Assembly (NCBI GenBank): GCA_038063535.1
Contig: JBBTUV010000004.1
Location: 114,238 to 178,237 of the forward strand
Direction of reading: 5' to 3'
Length of the DNA stretch: 64,000 nt
From: Patescibacteria group bacterium
GTDB lineage: Bacteria > Patescibacteriota > Minisyncoccia > Phycocordibacterales > UBA9973
Under the pieces are notes generated by a model that was not told the origin of the DNA, did not search any database, and saw nothing but the letters and a program-made list of their open reading frames with translations. Positions 26,417-38,879 of the stretch are shown here, piece by piece (positions within the stretch are counted from its first letter, which is position 1; each line of letters opens with the position of its first letter). The translations under genes were made by a program, and so were the position numbers.

Positions 26417-27147
26417 CCCGGAAGTATAGCACTTTCGATGTCCTTAGGGAAATTAGTCAGGTTTTTCAAGCCTTTTTGGGTAATAAGAACCATGTCTTCG
26501 ATTCGCACCCCGCCCCAGCCCTTGAAGTAAAGTCCCGGCTCGACTGTCATGACACAACCGACCGGCAGAATATCCCCGCTCTGGGGTTTGAAATTCGGCC
26601 ACTCGTGGATAACGGTGCCGATGCCGTGCCCGAGGCCGTGAGGAAAATGTTTCCGACCTAAAAATTTTCTCACCGCTTTGTCTATTATCCAAGTTCGCCT
26701 CTCGCCCTGTTCTATTTTTCTTAGTGCCATTTTTTGCGCCTTGAGCACCTTCAAGTAGACTTTCTTTTGCCGCTTCGTCGGCACACCGGCAAAAAAAGTT
26801 CTCGTCATGTCCGAGCAGTAATGATTGACCGTCGTCCCAAAATCAAGCATCGCAATATCACCTCTTTTTAGTTTCGCCTTTCCTGGCATGTGGTGAACTT
26901 TTGCGGTATTTTTACCGAAAGAAACAATCGGTTCGAAGGAAAGAATCGGTGCACCCCTTTTTCTCAACTCTCGTTTGATCAAATTCGCAATTTTGACCTC
27001 GCTTACACCGGCCCTAAGTTTCACTATAGTATAATGCAGTACTTGCTCGCTTATCCTCTGAGCCTTGATAATATTTGCGAGTTCCTTCTTCGCCTTAACC
27101 GCCCGAACTTCGTGAATTAGTTTCGTTTTCATTATGGAATTATGCAA
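26398..27147 (-). CDS. M24 family metallopeptidase (methionine aminopeptidase / Xaa-Pro peptidase-like, short form)
   Basis: Pita-bread metal ligand pattern D..D...HGLGHGIGTVIHEWP...E...E; 249 aa. Confidence 0.7.
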   Translation of the reverse strand: MHNSIMKTKLIHEVRAVKAKKELANIIKAQRISEQVLHYTIVKLRAGVSEVKIANLIKRELRKRGAPILSFEPIVSFGKNTAKVHHMPGKAKLKRGDIAMLDFGTTVNHYCSDMTRTFFAGVPTKRQKKVYLKVLKAQKMALRKIEQGERRTWIIDKAVRKFLGRKHFPHGLGHGIGTVIHEWPNFKPQSGDILPVGCVMTVEPGLYFKGWGGVRIEDMVLITQKGLKNLTNFPKDIESAILPGWREKN

Positions 27148-27165
27148 AATAGCATAGTTAGAAAA

Positions 27166-28857
27166 TCAGTAGATCTCTTTGTTATAGCAGGATTCGCAGT
27201 AGACCTTTTCTTTTCGCTCTGGCGCAAAAGCAGTTTCGAATTCGTTTGGGCACAACCCGTTATGGTCATGGTTTTCTAAATTACATCGGCATTTCCCGTG
27301 CCAGAGCTTTCTGGGTGGGCGTAAATTGAACCACCTCATGTATCTACAATCAAAACAAAGCCTAGGGATTGGCATATTTTCATTTTTATAAAAAGTAAAT
27401 TCGTATGGAACAATATTGTAGTTTTTTGAGCAGTTTATGCATTTCAAAACTTCTTTTGTTATGTCGTCCTTAATATCTTTTATGTTATCAGGTATATCTT
27501 CTGGCTCCATTGTTTCTTTCCCATATGTCCCGAGAATTTTATCTTCCCATTGCCAACCCCTTCTAAGTACTTCTTCTTTAGTCATTGGCAGGTAACGTTG
27601 ACCCTGCGTCTCATTGTAGCAAACCGGAGCAATTGAGGGGGGCATAAATTCACCAAACTCTCTAGTTTTTTTCATGTGATCGATAATTTTAGTTCTTAAT
27701 TTTTCATATTCATCTTTTGAATATTTCTTATTTAAAATCATATATTCTCCCTTTTTTACAGAAATGCAGCCAAATAAATTTTGGGAATTTTGGCACGTGT
27801 CTCCGTACATCACATTCATGTTGTCATAGCAAAGATGACAAAATTGGCAATTTGACACTCGAGTACAACCCTGAGCTTCGTAGATTTGTTCGCACTCTAG
27901 GCCTACATGATAACAATCAAAAGAGTCTCTGATGCCCAAGACGGAGTACATGTATTTTGAATTTTCTACTCTTTCAGCGTCGAAAATAAAACTCGAATTC
28001 TTCACATGGGTAAACATATTACCAAGAGCGTTTATATTAAATTCTCCTGTTACGTATTTATGAATTGCTTGATTTGCTATCATTTCTACAAATTCCCTAT
28101 AAAGTTTCTCTCGGACAGCGAAAGAACCCAGGTCATATTCGGAAACTTTTTTCATATATTCTTTACGGGGATGTTCCTCATTTTTGAAACAGTATTTTTT
28201 GTTACGAAGATTATAGGATAAAAAGCAATCTGTGCACCCATGCATATCGTGAGAGTAATGAACATTCACACAATCTCTCATTAGAAAATTATATTGGCAT
28301 TGGTATGATTTGATTACATCCATGCACCCATACATCCGTTCTCCTTTTTCTCTTACGTAATAACAATCCATGCAATCTCGAGAATAAAATACCCAGTTAC
28401 TATAGTAAACATTTTCGTTAAAAAATGAAGAAATAGAGAGGTAGACGTTCTTATTATCGCCAGAATGATTCGTGTATTCAGAATTCACACTTCTTTTATT
28501 GAGTAGCGCCATGCGGGGAACTTCGAGTTGTAATTCATGAAATTGCTCGAAGAAGGGCCGGTTGAAATCAAAGTCTCGACCGTAAGAGCTCGCGTCCCAA
28601 CCGTCACCCCACCAGCATTCATTGCAGTAAACTTTGTGAGGCTTGTTTGGCGAATAAATAGTTACCGTGCTTTTACCGCAAAGATCACAGTTCCTACGAT
28701 AGAGCGTTCGTTCGTTTCTCCAAGCATAACGGCGTAACTGCCGGCACTCCGGGCACCAGGTTGGTGGCGTGACGGAGATCTTTTTGTAAAAATCAAAATC
28801 TTCCGGCGCGATTACGAAATCTTTTTTACAATTTTGGCACGAGCGGGTTTCCATCAA
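27166..28857 (-). CDS. Large cysteine-rich protein, uncharacterised family; paralog of 6333..8045
   Basis: 563 aa, collinear with the 570-aa paralog (same N- and C-terminal double zinc ribbons, same internal duplicated unit); ATGA overlap with rseP stop. Confidence 0.7.
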   Translation of the reverse strand: MMETRSCQNCKKDFVIAPEDFDFYKKISVTPPTWCPECRQLRRYAWRNERTLYRRNCDLCGKSTVTIYSPNKPHKVYCNECWWGDGWDASSYGRDFDFNRPFFEQFHELQLEVPRMALLNKRSVNSEYTNHSGDNKNVYLSISSFFNENVYYSNWVFYSRDCMDCYYVREKGERMYGCMDVIKSYQCQYNFLMRDCVNVHYSHDMHGCTDCFLSYNLRNKKYCFKNEEHPRKEYMKKVSEYDLGSFAVREKLYREFVEMIANQAIHKYVTGEFNINALGNMFTHVKNSSFIFDAERVENSKYMYSVLGIRDSFDCYHVGLECEQIYEAQGCTRVSNCQFCHLCYDNMNVMYGDTCQNSQNLFGCISVKKGEYMILNKKYSKDEYEKLRTKIIDHMKKTREFGEFMPPSIAPVCYNETQGQRYLPMTKEEVLRRGWQWEDKILGTYGKETMEPEDIPDNIKDIKDDITKEVLKCINCSKNYNIVPYEFTFYKNENMPIPRLCFDCRYMRWFNLRPPRKLWHGKCRCNLENHDHNGLCPNEFETAFAPERKEKVYCESCYNKEIY

Positions 28858-29939
28858 AGAAGCCTGGCGATGTCGTGGTATGTGACTGCGAGCATAAGAA
28901 GTATAAGGAGTGCAAAGCCGATAGCGTTCGCGGCGTTTGCGATCCTGGGATGTATGCGCGAACCTTTAATTTTCTCAACAAGGAGGAAGAAAAGTCTCCC
29001 GCCGTCGAGCGCCGGAAACGGAATAAGGTTAAGCACCGCAAGATTTATTGAAATGAGGGCAGTAAAGGAAAGTAGATACGTAAATCCAAACTTATAGGCT
29101 ACTCCCACTATCCCGACAAGCCCTACCGGACCGGTGATACTGGCCAGGCTACCTTGCCCAGCCAAAGCCTCTACAATGAGCGTGTAAAGCCCCACAATCA
29201 GGCTTTTTGCCAAGTCGAGCGTGAGCACCAACCCCTTCCAAAATGCCAAAAGGAACGGCGTTTTCGCGATCCCGATCATGTCCATGGCAATCCCTATCAT
29301 CGGAGTATTGTCTTTTACTTCAGGAGTCATCGTTGCGCTCCTCGCTTCCCCGCCTGCAAGAAGATATCCGATCTCGATTTCCTTCCCCGCATGCGCGCCG
29401 ACGAAATCCTTCAATGACTCGGGATTGATCTCAAGGAGCACGTCCTCCCCGCTTCTCGCGTTTTCTATCCGGGCGCCCGGCTCAATTCCCGCCTTATCTG
29501 CAGGAGAATCTTTGATGACGGAGACTACAGCCAGATGAACGTCTTCCAATTTCTCCGCACTGCCTCCGGCCGACATCGGAAACCCTGACATGAGCGCGAA
29601 AGAAAAAAGAAGCCACGCGAGCAGAAAATTCGCAAAGACCCCGGCAAAAAGCACTGACGCCTGTTGCCATTTCGGGCGATTTACGAGACTTCGTGTCGCA
29701 TCGGGTCCCGCGATGCTCTCTTCATCCGGGTTCTCTCCAAAAATCTTTACAAAACCTCCGAATGGGAGGGCGTTGAAGGAATATTCCGTCTCGCCCTTTT
29801 TTACGCCGAACAATTTTGGCGGAAATCCGAACCCAAATTCGTCCACCCTGATCCCGAACCTTTTCGCCGTAAAAAAGTGACCAAATTCATGGACGATAAC
29901 CAGGACGAGAAGTATTACGAAGAAAATTAATACGCTCAT
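28854..29939 (-). CDS. rseP: RIP metalloprotease RseP (site-2 protease, PDZ-containing)
   Basis: HEFGHFFTAKRFG zinc motif, PDZ region, C-terminal LDGG motif. Confidence 0.85.
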   Translation of the reverse strand: MSVLIFFVILLVLVIVHEFGHFFTAKRFGIRVDEFGFGFPPKLFGVKKGETEYSFNALPFGGFVKIFGENPDEESIAGPDATRSLVNRPKWQQASVLFAGVFANFLLAWLLFSFALMSGFPMSAGGSAEKLEDVHLAVVSVIKDSPADKAGIEPGARIENARSGEDVLLEINPESLKDFVGAHAGKEIEIGYLLAGGEARSATMTPEVKDNTPMIGIAMDMIGIAKTPFLLAFWKGLVLTLDLAKSLIVGLYTLIVEALAGQGSLASITGPVGLVGIVGVAYKFGFTYLLSFTALISINLAVLNLIPFPALDGGRLFFLLVEKIKGSRIHPRIANAANAIGFALLILLMLAVTYHDIARLL

Positions 29940-30469
29940 CCCATTACTTCTCTTTCTTTGCGCTCATATGTCGCTTCGAGGTTTTTATTCACCTCGTCGA
30001 TGATCTTCTGGAGTTCATCCTTGGCGCGGAATTTTTCGTCTTCGGTGAGCTTGTCTATATCCTTGAGGACATGTTCACGTTCTTTGCGTACCGTTATGCG
30101 CGCATCTTCGAGTTTTTCTTTGAGCACCTTCACGAGTTTCTGGCGAGTTTCGGTGGTTAGCTGTGGGAATATCACGCGAAGCCCTGATTCGTCTACCGCG
30201 ACGGAAAGGCCCAGGTTCGCCGAAACTATCGCCTTCTCTACTTCTTTTACCTGCGACTTATCCCAGGGTGCAAGGCGCAAGGTCTTCGGGTCTTCAATCG
30301 AAAGTGAGGCAACATTTTTAAGCGGCACCCTTGCGCCGTATGATTCGACGGTAATGCTGTCAAGTACCGCGGGGGAAGCTCGCCCGATATTGAGCTCGCG
30401 GTACTCCTTGCCGAGGAATTCCTCGACTTTTTTGAGCTCCAGTTTGAAAGAAGAAAAATTATATGCCAC
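29936..30469 (-). CDS. frr: Ribosome recycling factor (GTG start)
   Basis: RRF signature (ESYGARVPLKNVASLSIEDPKTLRLAPWD...), 177 aa. Confidence 0.9.
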   Translation of the reverse strand: MAYNFSSFKLELKKVEEFLGKEYRELNIGRASPAVLDSITVESYGARVPLKNVASLSIEDPKTLRLAPWDKSQVKEVEKAIVSANLGLSVAVDESGLRVIFPQLTTETRQKLVKVLKEKLEDARITVRKEREHVLKDIDKLTEDEKFRAKDELQKIIDEVNKNLEATYERKEREVMG

Positions 30470-30473
30470 GGAT

Positions 30474-31136
30474 CTATTCTACCATTTTCTCCGGTATCGA
30501 CAAGGCGACCGATTCAAGGAGATTCTTCGCCGATGTGCCCGGCATAGCTAGGTATTCGCGCGCACGGAAAATCTGCGCGAAGATGTCAGCACCTGCAACT
30601 TCAACTCTTATGTGCAGATATGCTTCAAGGCCGTTAAGAAATTGGGCCGCCCGCGCCCTAGTCTCGTTCTCATCCTCGAGAAGCTTCTTGATGAAATCGA
30701 GCCGGGCGCGCCTGGTCATTGAGGCGAATTCCTTTGCCGATTTCCCGACGCTCTCGCTCTCGTGGCGGATCAGATAGAATCTTGAGGTGAAAGTTGGGAG
30801 AAGATTTGCCGTTTCCGGAAGCACCAGGAAGAAGTGGGTTTCGGGCACAGGTTCTTCGAAAAGTTTCAGCAGAGTGTTTTGCGCTTCGTGGAGGATATTG
30901 TTTACCGAGACTACGAAAACCTTCCTCGATCTGGTAATCCCTCTCTCTGAGGCGAGCGATTTCAAGGCCCGCGCGTCTTCGATTTTGAAAATGTCCGCCT
31001 CTATGACGCAAAAATCGGGGTTACCCCGTGTCTCCACTCCCCAACCCCGAACCGCGTCAAGGACCAACGGCTCGACTTCCTCTCTATCGCCTACGATGAG
31101 ATACGCGTGATGGAGGTTTTTGAAGTGCTCTTTCAT
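30474..31136 (-). CDS. DNA polymerase III delta-prime-like clamp-loader subunit (degenerate P-loop)
   Basis: HAYLIVGDREE in place of a Walker A, AAA+-like fold length; weak assignment. Confidence 0.45.
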   Translation of the reverse strand: MKEHFKNLHHAYLIVGDREEVEPLVLDAVRGWGVETRGNPDFCVIEADIFKIEDARALKSLASERGITRSRKVFVVSVNNILHEAQNTLLKLFEEPVPETHFFLVLPETANLLPTFTSRFYLIRHESESVGKSAKEFASMTRRARLDFIKKLLEDENETRARAAQFLNGLEAYLHIRVEVAGADIFAQIFRAREYLAMPGTSAKNLLESVALSIPEKMVE

Positions 31137-32149
31137 TATTTTTTCGAAAGCACCGCTTTTTTGTAAACATCTAAATGTTCAAGCGCGATGCCGGTGCCCT
31201 TGGCGACGCAGAAGAGCGGATCTTCGGCAAGCGTAGCCTTCACTCCCGTCCGCCGATAAACGAGGTCGGGGAAATTCCGAAGGAGCGAGGAGCCGCCGGT
31301 CATGATGATGCCATAATCGATGATGTCCGAAGCGAGCTCCGGCGGGGTTTCCGCCAGGACGTCTTTGATCGCCTTCACTATCTGCTTGAGCTCATTGTCA
31401 ATTGCGTGGACTATCTCATTGGTACCGACTTGCGCAGAGCGCGGAAGACCTTGAATAAAGTCCCGCCCCTTGATAGTCACACGCAGCTCTTCCTCGAGCG
31501 GTACCGCCGCACCGATCTTTAGCTTTACTTCCTCTGCGGTGCGGTCACCGATTGCGAGGTTAAAAGTTTTTTTGATATAGTCCGCGATGGCCTGGTCGAT
31601 CTTGTTGCCGGCCCATTTCACGGAGGTTGAGGAAACTATTCCTCCGAGCGAGATCACCGCAACGTCCGTAGTTCCCCCACCTATGTCCACGACCATGTAG
31701 CCGCGTGATTCGTGAATCGGAATGCCTGCGCCGATAGCGGCCAGGATCGGCTCCTTCACTACATATGCGTTCTTTGCGCCAGCCCGTATCGCCGCTTCGA
31801 CTACCGCGCGCCGCTCGGTGGAAGTGACCCCGGCCGGAACCGAAACCATCACATCGGGTTTGAAAAAATTGAAGGGCTTGAGGGCCTTGTTCATGAAATA
31901 ACGGAGCATCGCCTCGGTGACACGGTAGTCGGCTATCACACCATCTTTCATCGGTAGGTATGTGATGATGGATTCCGGGGTCTTTCCAATCATACCCTTT
32001 GCCTCCGCGCCAATGGCGATTATCCTATTATCCTGCTCGGAAACCGCGACAACCGAAGGCTCGTTTAAAACGATGCCCTTCCCAGGCAGATATACCAGCG
32101 TATTTGCCGTACCTAAGTCTATGCCTAATTTTCGGGTAAAAATACTCAT
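31136..32149 (-). CDS. mreB: Rod shape-determining actin homolog MreB
   Basis: GIDLGTANTLVY, DIGGGTTDVAVIS actin-fold motifs. Confidence 0.9.
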   Translation of the reverse strand: MSIFTRKLGIDLGTANTLVYLPGKGIVLNEPSVVAVSEQDNRIIAIGAEAKGMIGKTPESIITYLPMKDGVIADYRVTEAMLRYFMNKALKPFNFFKPDVMVSVPAGVTSTERRAVVEAAIRAGAKNAYVVKEPILAAIGAGIPIHESRGYMVVDIGGGTTDVAVISLGGIVSSTSVKWAGNKIDQAIADYIKKTFNLAIGDRTAEEVKLKIGAAVPLEEELRVTIKGRDFIQGLPRSAQVGTNEIVHAIDNELKQIVKAIKDVLAETPPELASDIIDYGIIMTGGSSLLRNFPDLVYRRTGVKATLAEDPLFCVAKGTGIALEHLDVYKKAVLSKK

Positions 32150-32194
32150 CTTGCGCTAAGGGCAATATATCATAGCCGTGGTAAAATTTGAAAT

Positions 32195-32509
32195 ATGAAG
32201 AATCCCTTTGAGGAGAGGCTCAAAGCGCTCAAAGAGGCGAAGAAAGAGCCGAAGAAAAAAGTAAATCCCATTCACGAGATAGTGAACACCTATTACGAAC
32301 TGCGCGGCTGGGATAAAAAACCAAAGCGCTTTTTCAGAAAGAAAGAAAGAAGTTACCCGAAACTCGCCTATGAGGCAAAGGAACTCTACGAGGTACTCAA
32401 CCACGACCTTGACTCTTGCATCTGGGCGCTTGACCGAATGAAGTACCTAGCCGAGAAGGGCGGCTTCGAGTGGAGTATTTCCACTTGCCTAAAGCATAGA
32501 AAATTATAA
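32195..32509 (+). CDS. Hypothetical lysine-rich small protein
   Basis: 104-aa ORF on the opposite strand to flanking operons; no recognisable motifs. Confidence 0.35.
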   Translation: MKNPFEERLKALKEAKKEPKKKVNPIHEIVNTYYELRGWDKKPKRFFRKKERSYPKLAYEAKELYEVLNHDLDSCIWALDRMKYLAEKGGFEWSISTCLKHRKL

Positions 32510-32554
32510 GATTTATAGTGAAGCTCATCGTTTCCCCTAGCCTCGAGGTGACGT

Positions 32555-32767
32555 ATGCGCGTCATTGTTTGGGCCAAGGGAATTCCCCTCGGCGACGCAG
32601 TGGCCCGAATTGGGGCTCAGATCAAAGAATTCGGCAATGGGCCTATGATTGGTGACAGAGGCGTCGTCTTGATTCTGCCTGAGCTCGGTCTCTGGGAATT
32701 ACTCGAGCTCGCCGACCCGGGGATGACAATCACTCCGATAGGCTCATCCGACCAGTCAGCCGCTTGA
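32555..32767 (+). CDS. Hypothetical small protein (GC-richer than surroundings)
   Basis: 70-aa ORF directly after the previous one; coding status uncertain. Confidence 0.3.
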   Translation: MRVIVWAKGIPLGDAVARIGAQIKEFGNGPMIGDRGVVLILPELGLWELLELADPGMTITPIGSSDQSAA

Positions 32768-32829
32768 CGGGAAGTTGTCCTCCCATCAGGCGGCTTCTCT
32801 ATTATGTATGTAATATATTACGTAATACT

Positions 32830-33531
32830 TTACGTAACTATCACCACAAACTCCCCTTTTTGTTTTTCAGGATTTTGTTTTAGATACTCGAGTAGCTCCG
32901 CCGGAGAACCGGTTTTGAATTCTTCGTAGATTTTTGTAAGTTCCCGAGCGATGCAAACTTTTTTATTCGGGCAAAATTTCTCGAGCGACTTCAGGGTCTT
33001 TAAAATTCTATGTTTCGATTCGTAAAATACGGCTGTGCGCTTCATGTTGCTTATTTCCCTGAAGAGCGTCTCTCTGCCCTTCTTGTGCGGCAAGAACCCG
33101 AAATAAGTGAACTCGTGGCTCGGAACCCCCGAGGCGCTTAGCGCGGCAGTGAGCGCAGCCGGCCCAGGAATCGGCACCACATCAATACTGTTCATGAATC
33201 GCGCGCGGATTTTTCCCACGAGGACCGTGCCCGGATCGGATATCCCTGGCGTACCGGCATCAGTGACAAGCGCCAGGTTCTTCCCGTGCTTTAGGAGGTC
33301 AAAAATCTTTTCTATCTTCGAAAGTCCGCTCCGAGCGTGATAGCTTAAGGTCGGAGTCTTGATGTCGTAAGCATCCAACAGCTTCCTTGTTTCTCTCGTA
33401 TCCTCGCACAAAATGAGATCTACCTCTTTCAGGACCCGAATCGCGCGGAGAGTGATATCCTCGAGATTCCCTATCGGCGTCGCGACGACGTAAAACGTAG
33501 CCATTACTTTCGGTATTTTTTGGTCCGCCAT
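32830..33531 (-). CDS. rsmI: 16S rRNA (cytidine1402-2'-O)-methyltransferase
   Basis: TFYVVATPIGNLEDITLRAIRVLKEVDLILCEDTRETRKLL tetrapyrrole-methylase-like signature. Confidence 0.85.
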   Translation of the reverse strand: MADQKIPKVMATFYVVATPIGNLEDITLRAIRVLKEVDLILCEDTRETRKLLDAYDIKTPTLSYHARSGLSKIEKIFDLLKHGKNLALVTDAGTPGISDPGTVLVGKIRARFMNSIDVVPIPGPAALTAALSASGVPSHEFTYFGFLPHKKGRETLFREISNMKRTAVFYESKHRILKTLKSLEKFCPNKKVCIARELTKIYEEFKTGSPAELLEYLKQNPEKQKGEFVVIVT

Positions 33532-33949
33532 TTGTCCGCGACGCGCACCCGTGCGAGCGAGCGCTCAAGCTCCGCAGCAAAATGCTCGAAGTCGACAAGT
33601 TCTTTGTTTTCCATCTGCTTCTTGAGTTCTTCCGCTCTTACCTTCGCCTGCTTTATTTTTTCATCCGAAATTTCCGAAACATGCTCGGCAAAATCCGCCA
33701 GTACCGCTACCTCTGTCATGTTTTCTTCATTCTTTTTTACCTCAACAAATCCACCGGCCACCGCCATCGGCACATCTTCGCCGGCCGATTTCGCAACCAC
33801 ATCGCCCGACGCAAGGCCGGTAATGATCGGGATATGGTCGGGTAGAATAGTGATCTCGCCTTCAAGCGTGGGTAATGTCACCTGGTCAACCGCCTCTTCG
33901 AGGACCAGTCGCTCGGGAGTCACGATTTTTAACTTCAATAGCTTAGCCA

Positions 33950-33950
<1 letters not shown>
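33504..33950 (-). CDS. atpC: F1 ATP synthase subunit epsilon
   Basis: LKIVTPERLVLEEAVDQVTLPTLEGEITILPDH, operon position. Confidence 0.85.
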
Positions 33951-36223
<2,273 letters not shown>

Positions 36224-36245
<22 letters not shown>

Positions 36246-37732
36246 GATTGTTTAAAATCGCTAATTGCCTCCTTGAGTTCGGCCTCACCCGCATCCGTCC
36301 ACATTTTTTTCTCATTGACTTCTTTGAAAAATTTCTTGGCATGTCTCTCCAGCGAGTCGAGCAACGCTTCCTCGAACGCCTTGATCTGTTCGACCGGCAC
36401 ATCGTCCATGTAACCGCTCGTAAGCGCGTAAAGCGTGGCAACCTGCCTCTCGATGCTAACCGGCGAATATTGCTTTTGTTTAAGGACCTCGATCGCCCTT
36501 TTTCCACGGTCGAGCTGTTTTTTTGTAGCAGCATCGAGATCGGAGCCAAATTGGGTGAACGCTTCAAGTTCTCGGTATTGCGCCAGGTCGAGCTTCAATG
36601 TCCCCGCAACTTTTTTCATCGCCTTGATCTGCGCGGCGCCGCCGACGCGCGAGACGGAAAGCCCGACGTTCACCGCTGGCCGGATGCCCTTGTAGAAAAG
36701 ATCCGTCTCGAGAAATATCTGCCCATCGGTAATCGAAATGACATTGGTGGGAATGTAGGCGCTGATGTCTCCGGCCTGCGTCTCGATGATTGGAAGCGCG
36801 GTTATTGAGCCGCCGCCGTACTCTTTGCTTCTTTTGCAGGCGCGTTCGAGCAGTCTCGAGTGAAGATAAAAAACGTCTCCCGGGAAAGCTTCGCGGCCCG
36901 GCGGCCGGCGCAGAAGGAGCGATATTTCCCGATAGGCGACGGCGTGCTTGGAGAGGTCGTCGTAGACAATGAGCACATCTCTCTCTTGCTCAAGAAAATA
37001 CTCCGCAATGGCAACGCCGGCGTAAGGGGCAATAAAGGAAAGCGGTGCAGGTTCGCTGGCTCCGGCCGATACGATGACCGTGTAATCCATTGCTCCCCCA
37101 GCTCTAAGGCGCGCCTCAAGCTTCCTCAATTTAGAATCTTTCTGCCCGATCGAAACATAAATACAGATCATATTTTCTCCTTTTTGGTTGAGAATGGCAT
37201 CGATCGCGATTGCGGTCTTTCCCGTCTGCCTGTCACCGATAATAAGCTCACGCTGACCCCGGCCAATCGGGATAGTGGCATCGATGACTTTGATACCGGT
37301 CGCAACCGGCTCCGATACGCCCTCGCGGGTAATCACTCCCGGAGCGATCTTCTCAACTGGGTATGCGGCGGCGGCCCTGATCGGGCTTCCGCCGTCGATC
37401 GGGGCGCCGAGAGCGTTTACCGTCCGGCCCAGAAGCTCCGGCCCGACCGGCACCTCAAGGATTTTCCCCGTAGCCGTAACTTTTTCCCCCTCCTCGATCT
37501 TGGAAAAATCTCCGAAAATAACCACTCCGACCGTGTCTTCTTCGAGGTTCAAAGCCACTCCCACTTCGCCGGAACCGAAACTGACCATCTCGCCGGATCG
37601 GACGTCGGAAAGGCCCGAAACACGCGCAATGCCGTCGAAAACCTCAAGGACCGCGCCGACCTTCTCTGCTTTGCGATCTGCCTTGAAACCTTCTATCTCT
37701 CTTTTTAAATTTTCTACAATGTGGCTGCTCAT
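36224..37732 (-). CDS. atpA: F1 ATP synthase subunit alpha
   Basis: [14 protein letters not shown]-loop, 502 aa. Confidence 0.95.
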
Positions 37733-38136
37733 GACTTTTGTAAATGTTCTTCGAGCTGATCAACTTGGTGCCGGAGTGTGAAATCGATGATCTCATCTCC
37801 CGCCTCGATCCTGAATCCCCCAAAAAGTTTCTCGTCAATCTCTTCATTCAAAATTACTTCTCTCACGCGGTAGCGCTTCAGGAGATGCTCTTTTATTTCA
37901 TGTTTTACTCTGGTGGCAAGTGGTTTCGCGCTTTGTAAATTCACTCGCGCGATCCCAGCATCGGAATCGGCGATGAACCCAAGCTCTCGGAGTATTTCAT
38001 TCGCTCTTCCGAGCAAATGCTTGCGGGCGAGATATTCCACCACTTTTCTCTCCAGTTCCGTGTATTCCTTCCCGGATTTGTCCTTAAGCACTTCGTAAAT
38101 GCCGCGCGCTATGTTCTTGTTTGATAGTTTTGCCAT
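37729..38136 (-). CDS. atpH: F1 ATP synthase subunit delta (short OSCP)
   Basis: C-terminal [17 protein letters not shown] delta signature, operon position. Confidence 0.65.
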   Translation of the reverse strand: MAKLSNKNIARGIYEVLKDKSGKEYTELERKVVEYLARKHLLGRANEILRELGFIADSDAGIARVNLQSAKPLATRVKHEIKEHLLKRYRVREVILNEEIDEKLFGGFRIEAGDEIIDFTLRHQVDQLEEHLQKS

Positions 38137-38625
38137 CTATGCTTTGCTTAATTCCTTGATCAATTTCTCGTCGTAGGAGCCGCCCATTTTCCCCAGGAGC
38201 TTCTCAGTGGCGGCGATTGTAAGCTCCGCTACCTCGCTCTTCGCTTCCCTCACCATTTTTTCCTTCTCTTCCTCCATTTTTTTCCTGCCGGCCTCGATCA
38301 CCCTTTCCGTCTCCGTTTTTGCCTCTCGGAGCATCTCCTCGCGCTTAGTGAGGGCTTCTTTTTTTCCTTCTTCGAAGATAACCTGAGCGTCCTTCCGAGC
38401 TTTTGAGAGAGCGGTCTCGTACTCGCTCTTTGTTCTCTCGAGAAGCTCGGCATTGGATTTCGCGTCCGCCAGGCCCCTTTCGATTTTGTCGCTGCGCTCT
38501 GAGAGAAGCTTCTTAAGCGGTTTGAGTGCGAAGAAATAAAGAACCGCAACAACAGCGGCAAAATTTATCGCTTGCGCCAGAATTATCTTCCAGTCAATGT
38601 GAAATGTGCTTATAATTGACTCCAT
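38137..38625 (-). CDS. atpF: Fo ATP synthase subunit b
   Basis: Single N-terminal TM then long charged helix, operon position. Confidence 0.75.
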   Translation of the reverse strand: MESIISTFHIDWKIILAQAINFAAVVAVLYFFALKPLKKLLSERSDKIERGLADAKSNAELLERTKSEYETALSKARKDAQVIFEEGKKEALTKREEMLREAKTETERVIEAGRKKMEEEKEKMVREAKSEVAELTIAATEKLLGKMGGSYDEKLIKELSKA

Positions 38626-38640
38626 CCCGTTAGAACTTGC

Positions 38641-38862
<222 letters not shown>

Positions 38863-38879
38863 TTATATTAAATTAACTA

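Noticed and set aside
36248-37708. Long antisense ORFs (186 and 282 aa) opposite atpA/atpG
   Set aside because: They overlap highly conserved ATP synthase genes on the other strand and have no motifs.
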